Origin: Chloroflexota bacterium
GTDB taxonomy: Bacteria; Chloroflexota; Dehalococcoidia; Lucifugimonadales; JACPQL01
DNA: 64,000 nt
NCBI GenBank assembly: GCA_016190445.1
Contig: JACPQL010000051.1
Location: forward strand, 38,505 to 102,504
Direction: 5' to 3'
The stretch's first letter is position 1. Every line of letters starts with the position of its first letter. This document shows positions 55,671 to 62,124 of this stretch, in pieces. A program made the translations under genes and the position numbers. The notes under the pieces are model-generated. The model ran no database searches and was not told where the DNA came from. It was given only the letters and a program-made list of their open reading frames with translations.

Positions 55671-56588
55671 GTGCAAGGCTACATTTTGCGGCGGGTACTG
55701 GAGGGGCTGGCTGCCATACTCCTCATGACGGTCATAGTGTTCGCACTGGCACGCCTTTCAGGCAGCCCAGTGGACCTGGTGGCCGGCGAGTACGCCACCG
55801 ACGAGGACAGGGCCCGAGTTACCCACATGCTGGGACTGGACCGACCGGTGGCCCTGCAATACTGGATATTCCTCAAGAACTTCATGCGAGGTGACCTGGG
55901 GGAGTCTATCCGCACCCGTGAGAAGGTCACCGCCTCCATTCTGCACCGCTTTCCCGCCACGCTTCAACTGGCGGGAGGATCCCTCTTGGTGGCCCTTGTT
56001 ATAGCCGTTCCCCTGGGAGTGATCACCGCGGTCAAACGGGACACCAACATAGACACTGCGGGCAAGACCTTTGCCGTTTTGGGCCTGGCTCTGCCCAGCT
56101 TCTGGCTGGGCCTGGTGTTCATTGCCATCTTCGCAGTCAGGCTCCACTGGCTGCCTGCGGCCGGCAGAGGCGGGTTTAGCTACATGATCTTGCCTGCCGT
56201 GGCTATGGGGTGGCACGTCTCTGCTGGCATCCTGCGCCTGGTGCGTGGCAGCATGCTGGAGGTGCTGGACAGCGAGTACATCAAGCTGGCACGCATCAAG
56301 GGACTGCCGGAGTGGAAAGTGGTGTGGAAACACGCCCTGCGCAACGCCGTCATCGCCCCCATAACCTTCACTGCGGTCTACCTGGGCACCTTGCTCGCTG
56401 GCTCGGTAGTGATCGAAACGGTGTTCGTCTGGCCCGGGGTGGGCTTGCTGGCCATCGAGGCCTTCGGCTGGAGAGACTACCCGCTGGTACAGGGCATCAT
56501 CCTCTACATGACTGTTCTGTATATCTTCCTGAACTTGCTGGTGGACATTCTGTACGCTTACGTGGACCCGCGTATCCGGCTGACGTAA
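55671..56588 (+). CDS. ABC transporter permease, DppB/OppB-like
   Basis: GTG start after GGGAGGGAGAGGG. MQGYILRRVLEGLAAILLMTVIVFALARLSG is the typical N-terminus. The binding-protein-dependent transport inner-membrane component region is present (SEYIKLARIKGLPEWKVVWKHALRNA). 305 aa. Confidence 0.9.
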   Translation: MQGYILRRVLEGLAAILLMTVIVFALARLSGSPVDLVAGEYATDEDRARVTHMLGLDRPVALQYWIFLKNFMRGDLGESIRTREKVTASILHRFPATLQLAGGSLLVALVIAVPLGVITAVKRDTNIDTAGKTFAVLGLALPSFWLGLVFIAIFAVRLHWLPAAGRGGFSYMILPAVAMGWHVSAGILRLVRGSMLEVLDSEYIKLARIKGLPEWKVVWKHALRNAVIAPITFTAVYLGTLLAGSVVIETVFVWPGVGLLAIEAFGWRDYPLVQGIILYMTVLYIFLNLLVDILYAYVDPRIRLT

Positions 56589-56603
56589 CCCTCTGGAGAG
56601 CTG

Positions 56604-57500
56604 ATGGTGGATACTACTACTGCTGCCCCAATCCCTGGGCGGATCAACACCAGGACTCAGATGTTCCGCCATCTGCGGCGGATGCCCATCCTGCCGGCCG
56701 TGATCATAGTAGTCATGGTGGGAATGGCCGTGCTGGCGCCTGTGCTTTCCCCCCATTCACCCACCAGTGGCATACTGCGCGACCAGCTCAAGCCCCCCAT
56801 GTGGCTGGAGGGTGGCAGCGGTGAATACCCGCTGGGCACAGACCGCTTCGGACGAGACATCCTCTCTCGCATGATGCACGGTGCAAGGATATCGCTCATT
56901 GTGTCGCTGGTCTCCCTGGCGATAGGTGCCACCGTGGGCGCCACCCTGGGGCTCATATCGGGCTACCTGGGACGCTGGGTGGACGCCCTCATCATGCGCA
57001 TCGTGGACATGACGCTGTCCCTCCCGTTGTTCCTCATGGCCATAGTCCTGGCAGTGATCCTGGGGCCCAACCTCCTGAACGTGATCATCATAGTGGCCTT
57101 CCTGATATGGGCACGCTACGCCCGCATCATCCGGGGGGAGGTGCTCTCCCTTAGAAGCAGGGACTTCGTGGCTCTGGCTAGGGTGGCAGGTGCCTCCCAC
57201 ACACGTATCATTGTCAAGCACCTCTTCCCCAACGTGGCGCACACCCTCGTCATCCTCATAACCCTTCAGGTAGGGTGGGTCATCTTGCTGGAATCATCCC
57301 TCAGCTTCCTGGGCGTGGGCATCCCACCGCCCACCCCAGCCTGGGGCCTGATGGTGGCCGACGGCCGGAACTACGTGGACACGGCCTGGTGGATCTCGGT
57401 GGTCCCTGGCATCGCCATCGCGCTGATCGTTCTCTCCCTCAACCTGGCCGGCGACTGGCTGCGGGATGTGCTGGACCCCAGGCGCCGCCAGATGGCCTAG
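56604..57500 (+). CDS. ABC transporter permease, DppC/OppC-like
   Basis: PLGTDRFGRDILSRMMHGARISL is the OppC N-terminal motif. The EAA-like loop SRDFVALARVAGASHTRIIVKHLFPN is present. 298 aa. Confidence 0.9.
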   Translation: MVDTTTAAPIPGRINTRTQMFRHLRRMPILPAVIIVVMVGMAVLAPVLSPHSPTSGILRDQLKPPMWLEGGSGEYPLGTDRFGRDILSRMMHGARISLIVSLVSLAIGATVGATLGLISGYLGRWVDALIMRIVDMTLSLPLFLMAIVLAVILGPNLLNVIIIVAFLIWARYARIIRGEVLSLRSRDFVALARVAGASHTRIIVKHLFPNVAHTLVILITLQVGWVILLESSLSFLGVGIPPPTPAWGLMVADGRNYVDTAWWISVVPGIAIALIVLSLNLAGDWLRDVLDPRRRQMA

Positions 57501-57537
57501 CATCCTACCCGGCCTCTGATTCAGTCCTGGGCACACC

Positions 57538-57572
57538 AAAAGGCCCGCCCCAATGGGGCGGGCCTTTCCTTT
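57538..57572 (+). terminator. Terminator after the permease pair
   Basis: aaa-aggcccgcccc-aat-ggggcgggcct-ttcctttg: an 11-bp stem with A-rich 5' and T-rich 3' flanks. Confidence 0.75.
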
Positions 57573-57647
57573 GCCGGAGTGGCCCCACTCACACCTCAGC
57601 GCACGAATGGCCTTTCTGAATTGCGGAAAACTTCACAAGCTGACAGG

Positions 57648-57676
57648 TTGACAAGGGAAATAGGCCGCAATATACT
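57648..57676 (+). promoter_or_regulatory. Sigma70-like promoter for the SBP copy 9 / acyl-CoA dehydrogenase / CoA-transferase unit
   Basis: TTGACA (57648..57653), 17 nt, TATACT (57671..57676). Confidence 0.6.
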
Positions 57677-57776
57677 CTGGCCCTGTTGACCGCGGCCACA
57701 CCCCAGGACTCCCCAAAGGAGACACACCACGAAACCGAGCATCCACATCCGCTTCAATGTCTTTCTGCCACTGGTT

Positions 57777-59522
57777 GTGATACTGGCTCTTGTAGCGCTG
57801 CTCGGCGCCTGCGCTGGCGCTGAGCCCACCGCCACACTCGCTCCAACTCCCACGCCCACCCTGGCTCCCGGGGCGCCCGCGCCAACGCCCACGCCCAGGC
57901 CTTCTCCTACCCCTACACCAACACCCCGAGTGGTGATGGTGGCCACGCCGACCCCCACGGCCACGCCAGGCGCGGTGGCACCCACCGTCCGGGAGCCCAA
58001 GGGGAGCGTCACTGTGGCCTGGGCAGCCTTTGCCACAGACGCCAACTCGCCAGACAGGCGCTTCAGCCCATCGGGCTCAGACGCCGTCTTCCAGAGCCTC
58101 GCCTTCGAGTATCTGGTGGGTGTTACCCCCGAGCACCAGCTCGTCTCCATGCTGGCGGAGAGCTGGGAGAGCCCAGATAACGGTCATACCTGGGTCTTCA
58201 AACTGCGAAAGGGGGTCAAGTTCCACAACGGCAAGGAGATGAGCGCCGAGGACGTAGCCGCGACCTTCAACAGCTACATGAAGGTGGGCAGAGGCTCATC
58301 TGGCACGTGGTCCAAGGCGAACCTGAACCCCTACGAGGTGGTGGACAAGTACACAGTGCGCACCTCCTTCAAGCAGGAAGGCGTTCGGATGTTCCTGCCA
58401 GCCTACCTTGGCCGGTCTTCCTGGTTCGCCGGGGTGGTCTCCCCGAAGGAGATGTTCGAGAAGTACCCGGACAAGCCCTGGCCTGCGAGTGAGGCCATAG
58501 GCACCGGCCCCTACCGGCTGGCGGAGCTTGTCCGAGGCGAAAAGGTACGGCTGGTGGCCCTGGACCCCAGGACCGACTGGGTCCAGTGGCGAATCATCCC
58601 AGCCTTCAAGGAGATAATCGTCAAGCCGGTCGCCGAGGACGGCACACGGATTGCCATACTCAAGACCAGCGCCGCCGCCCTGATAGACGTCCCCACGTCG
58701 CTGAAGGGCGAGGTCTCCGGGTATACCCTCGCCAGGGCCGACGCGGGCGCCACCCTGGCCGTCTCGAACCACGAGGGGATGGACAACCCCCCGGACGGGT
58801 GGTGGACCAAGAAAGAGTTCCGCATGGCCCTTAACCTGGCTGTGGACAAACAGGCGGTGGCCGACTTCATTTTCAATGGCGAGGCCAAAGTCACACCTGC
58901 GTACCACTTCTATCCAGGAGCGGAGGGGTTTGACCCCGACCTGAAGCCCTACCCCTACGACCCGGCCCGGGCACGCCAGCTCCTCAAGGACATCAACTAC
59001 GACTTCAACTACGTGTTCAACGTATGGCTCTACAAGTGGAGCGGCGTGCCCGAGCAGCGGGAGTTCGGCACAGCGGTTGCCGCCATGTGGGAACGGGAGC
59101 TGGGCATCAAGACCAAGCTCATCCCCTCTGACACCTCCTCGTACCCGTTATTCCAGAACCACGACCCGCAGACAGTTGGCCAGTTCTTCGCCTCTCGCTC
59201 TACCAGTTTCCCCGACCTGTCGGTGCCAATCATGACCTTTTCCGTCTCAGCAGGGCTGAAAGGCCAACACAGGAACACTCCGTGGCACGGCAAGGGGCTC
59301 ACCGACGATCTCACGGTGGAGCTTGCTGCCGCCGTGGACCCGGCTGAGCGAAGCCGCATCGCCCGCCAGATAGAGCGCGTCCTGTACGACGAATACGTCC
59401 ACGTCCAGGGGTGGGCTGTGAACGTCCTCTTCGCCTACAACCCCAAGCAGATCAAGGAGTTCAAGCCCCTCCAGGGCTCCACCTATATGAACTTCCTGGA
59501 ATACCTGGAACCACCCAGCTAG
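57777..59522 (+). CDS. Family-5 SBP lipoprotein, array copy 9 (class C, most divergent)
   Basis: ALVALLGAC lipobox plus PT tether. SPDRRFSPSGSDAVFQSLAFEYLVGVTP. FKLRKGVKFHNGKEMSAEDV. The only canonical start is GTG 57777, which leaves an n-region-less signal peptide (see findings). 581 aa as called. Confidence 0.85.
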   Translation: MILALVALLGACAGAEPTATLAPTPTPTLAPGAPAPTPTPRPSPTPTPTPRVVMVATPTPTATPGAVAPTVREPKGSVTVAWAAFATDANSPDRRFSPSGSDAVFQSLAFEYLVGVTPEHQLVSMLAESWESPDNGHTWVFKLRKGVKFHNGKEMSAEDVAATFNSYMKVGRGSSGTWSKANLNPYEVVDKYTVRTSFKQEGVRMFLPAYLGRSSWFAGVVSPKEMFEKYPDKPWPASEAIGTGPYRLAELVRGEKVRLVALDPRTDWVQWRIIPAFKEIIVKPVAEDGTRIAILKTSAAALIDVPTSLKGEVSGYTLARADAGATLAVSNHEGMDNPPDGWWTKKEFRMALNLAVDKQAVADFIFNGEAKVTPAYHFYPGAEGFDPDLKPYPYDPARARQLLKDINYDFNYVFNVWLYKWSGVPEQREFGTAVAAMWERELGIKTKLIPSDTSSYPLFQNHDPQTVGQFFASRSTSFPDLSVPIMTFSVSAGLKGQHRNTPWHGKGLTDDLTVELAAAVDPAERSRIARQIERVLYDEYVHVQGWAVNVLFAYNPKQIKEFKPLQGSTYMNFLEYLEPPS

Positions 59523-59534
59523 CAAGGAGACAGC

Positions 59535-60716
59535 ATGGACTTCCGCTTCACTCCTGAGCAGGAGACCTTTCGCAAGGAGGTGCAGGAGTTCATTGCCCGG
59601 GAGACCACTCCAGAGCTACTGAAGGAGATGGACCCGGGGCTGGCCGGTGAGGCCAGCGGCCACGGCCCTCACACCAAGGCATTCATCAAAAGGCTGGGCC
59701 AGCAGGGATGGCTGGGCCTCGCTTGGCCCAAGGAGTATGGCGGCCAGGGCCGCTCCATGATCTACCAGTTCATTCTGGTGGAGGAGCTATCCGGCGCCCT
59801 GGTGCCCACCCCTGGCCTGACCCTCACCTCCGTGGGCCCCACCATAATGCGGGTGGCCAACGAGGAGATCAGAGGAGAGTTCCTGCCCGGCATCCTGAGA
59901 GGGGATATAGAGTTCGCCATCGGCTATACGGAGCCGGGCGCAGGCTCTGACCTGGCCTCCCTCCAGACGAGGGCGGTGCGCGACGGTGACGACTACGTCA
60001 TAAACGGCCAGAAGATGTTCACCACCGACGCCCACCACGCCACCCACGTGTGGCTACTCACCCGCACCGATACCGAGGTGCGCAAGCACCGGGGTATCTC
60101 GATGTTCATCGTGCCCCTGGACACCCCTGGCATAAGCGTGCGGCCCCTCTGGCATATTGGCGAGGGTCGCACCAACGAGACCTTCTACGACAATGTTCGG
60201 GTGCCAGCCCGCTACCTGGTGGGCGAGGAGAACATGGGCTGGTACTACGCCGCCATGGCCCTGGACTACGAGCGGGTGGGTGTGGCACCCTTCTCCCGGT
60301 ACGTGCGCACCTGGCGCCTCCTGGTGGACTTTTGCAAGGAGACCGCCTGGGACAGCAAGCCTCTCATAGCGGACCCGTGGGTGCGCAGCGCCCTGGCCCA
60401 GATGGGGGTGGAGGTGGAGGCGGCCCGCCTCCTCGCCTACCGCACCGCCTGGATGATTGACCAGGGACAGGTGCCTAACTATGAGGCCTCGGCCCAGAAG
60501 GTGTTCGCCACGGAGCTGGTCCAGCGCATGGCCAACACGGCCACCCAGATTCTGGGTCTGTACGCCCAGCTCATGACAGGCTCCAAGTGGGCACCCACCG
60601 ACGGCAAGTGGGAGCGCCTCTACCGCTCCGTCCGCAACCGCACCGTGGGCGGCGGCAGCAGCCAGATGCAGCGCAATATCATAGCCCTTCGTGGCCTGGG
60701 CCTGCCCAGGGGGTAA
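59535..60716 (+). CDS. Acyl-CoA dehydrogenase (IVD/LCAD-like catalytic-base arrangement)
   Basis: The AAGGAG RBS lies in the 12-nt gap after SBP copy 9. GYTEPGAGSDLASLQTRAVRDGDDYVINGQKMFTT is present. LDYER and VGGGSSQMQRN replace the MCAD-type YEGT. 393 aa. Confidence 0.9.
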   Translation: MDFRFTPEQETFRKEVQEFIARETTPELLKEMDPGLAGEASGHGPHTKAFIKRLGQQGWLGLAWPKEYGGQGRSMIYQFILVEELSGALVPTPGLTLTSVGPTIMRVANEEIRGEFLPGILRGDIEFAIGYTEPGAGSDLASLQTRAVRDGDDYVINGQKMFTTDAHHATHVWLLTRTDTEVRKHRGISMFIVPLDTPGISVRPLWHIGEGRTNETFYDNVRVPARYLVGEENMGWYYAAMALDYERVGVAPFSRYVRTWRLLVDFCKETAWDSKPLIADPWVRSALAQMGVEVEAARLLAYRTAWMIDQGQVPNYEASAQKVFATELVQRMANTATQILGLYAQLMTGSKWAPTDGKWERLYRSVRNRTVGGGSSQMQRNIIALRGLGLPRG

Positions 60717-60786
60717 GAGCGCACCCGGGGCCACGGCCCTGGCGACAGCCAGCCTTTGCCAAGCTTCGTCCGTCGAAAGGGGCGTC

Positions 60787-62013
60787 TTGTTTCCAGAGAA
60801 AGGAGAGGAACAGCCTCTATCGGGAGCACGGGTCCTGGAGGTAGGCAACTACATCGCCGGGCCCTTCTGCACCAAGCTGCTGGCCGACTTCGGCGCCGAG
60901 GTCATCAAGGTGGAGCACCCGGGCCGGGGCGACCTGGCGCGCCACGCAGGGCCCTTTCCCGATGACCTGCCGGACCCGGAGACCAGCGGGCTCTTCCTGT
61001 ACCTGAACGCCGGCAAGAAGAGCATCACCCTGGACCTGAGCACTCCCAGCGGTGCTCGCTACTTCCGGGAGCTGGCCTGTAGGGCCGACGCCGTGGTGGA
61101 GAGCCTGCGGCCGGGCGTCATGGCCCGCTGGGGGCTGGACTACCCGTCCCTCAGCACGGGCAGGCCGGGCCTCAGCAGCAGCAACCCCCGCCTGGTTATG
61201 GCCTCGGTCACCGACTTCGGGCAGACCGGCCCTTACCGGAACTACCCTGCCAGCCACCTGACCCAGTGCGCACTGGCGGGCTGGGCCTGGTATGCGGGGG
61301 AGCCCCAGCGACCGCCACTCCAGGCTGGCGGGCACTTCACACACTACTTGGTGGGTGCCGTGGCAGCAATGGGAATGCTGGCGGCGCTCTATCACCAGGC
61401 GGAGACGGACGAGGGCCAGTTCTTGGATATCGGCGGCCTGGAGGCGCTGGTCAGCGTCATAGCCCCGGCGGTCACCGCCTCAGCCATGGGGAGCGATAAC
61501 CCCGGTCGCCAGGGGAACGCCTTTCCAGGCACGGTGGAGTGCCAGGACGGCTATGTAGGCATCAACGCCCTGAGCTACGGGCACTGGGTGAGCGTGTGCC
61601 GCCTGCTGGGTCTGGAGGAGCTGCTGGATGACCCCCGCTTCGACAGCAGCTTTGGGCGTCAGCGCCACGGCCAGAAGCTGGTCGAGCAGGCACGCCCCTG
61701 GCTCATGGCCCGTACCAAGGAGCAGGTGTTCCAGGAAGGCCAGGAGCACCGCATTCCCACCGCCTACGTCAACACCCCGGAGGACCTGGTGCGCTCCCCT
61801 CACCTGGATGCCCGCCACTACTTCCGGCAGGTGGAGCACCCCCGGCTAGGACACGTAAAGGTGCCCGGACCACCGTTCCGGCTGGACGCCTCCAGGCCGC
61901 AGCCCGTGGCCTCGGCGCCGCGCCTGGGAGAGCACACCGCTGCGGTGCTGGAAGCCGAGTTCGGCCTTGACCGCGACGACCTCCGCCGTCTGCGCGCGGA
62001 GGGAGTGATCTAG
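60787..62013 (+). CDS. Family III CoA-transferase, copy 3
   Basis: LSGARVLEVGNYIAGPFCTKLLADFGAEVIKVEHPGRGD. I prefer the start at TTG 60787, whose N-terminal length matches the paralogs. ATG 60691 would overlap the ACAD gene by 26 nt. About 408 aa. Confidence 0.85.
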   Translation: MFPEKGEEQPLSGARVLEVGNYIAGPFCTKLLADFGAEVIKVEHPGRGDLARHAGPFPDDLPDPETSGLFLYLNAGKKSITLDLSTPSGARYFRELACRADAVVESLRPGVMARWGLDYPSLSTGRPGLSSSNPRLVMASVTDFGQTGPYRNYPASHLTQCALAGWAWYAGEPQRPPLQAGGHFTHYLVGAVAAMGMLAALYHQAETDEGQFLDIGGLEALVSVIAPAVTASAMGSDNPGRQGNAFPGTVECQDGYVGINALSYGHWVSVCRLLGLEELLDDPRFDSSFGRQRHGQKLVEQARPWLMARTKEQVFQEGQEHRIPTAYVNTPEDLVRSPHLDARHYFRQVEHPRLGHVKVPGPPFRLDASRPQPVASAPRLGEHTAAVLEAEFGLDRDDLRRLRAEGVI

Positions 62014-62014
62014 A

Positions 62015-62107
62015 AACTGCTGCAAAAGTCCTGAGGACTTTTGCAGCAGTTATCCCCACCCCCAGAGGGAGCGGGGGACCCCGTTGCAAAACTCCGTTTT
62101 GCAACGG
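62015..62107. repeat. Twin perfect palindromes between the paired CoA-transferase genes
   Basis: A 37-nt palindrome aactgctgcaaaagtcct-g-aggacttttgcagcagtt (62015..62051) and ccgttgcaaaac-tcc-gttttgcaacgg (62081..62107). Both have a TGCAAAA...TTTTGCA core. Confidence 0.85.
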
Positions 62108-62124
62108 CCTGTAGGAGGTAGTCC

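Noticed and set aside
39883-59522. CRISPR array or other spacer-repeat immune locus
   Set aside because: The periodicity is about 1.9-2.1 kb and consists of full-length protein-coding paralogs. The short PT-coding microrepeats and REP hairpins lack the 25-40 bp repeat and unique-spacer organisation. No cas genes are present.
39883-59522. Diversity-generating retroelement or programmed hypervariation acting on the SBPs
   Set aside because: I saw no reverse transcriptase ORF, no template/variable repeat pair with adenine-specific differences, and no invertase or recombinase. The differences between copies are spread over several blocks and look like ordinary paralog divergence plus recombination.
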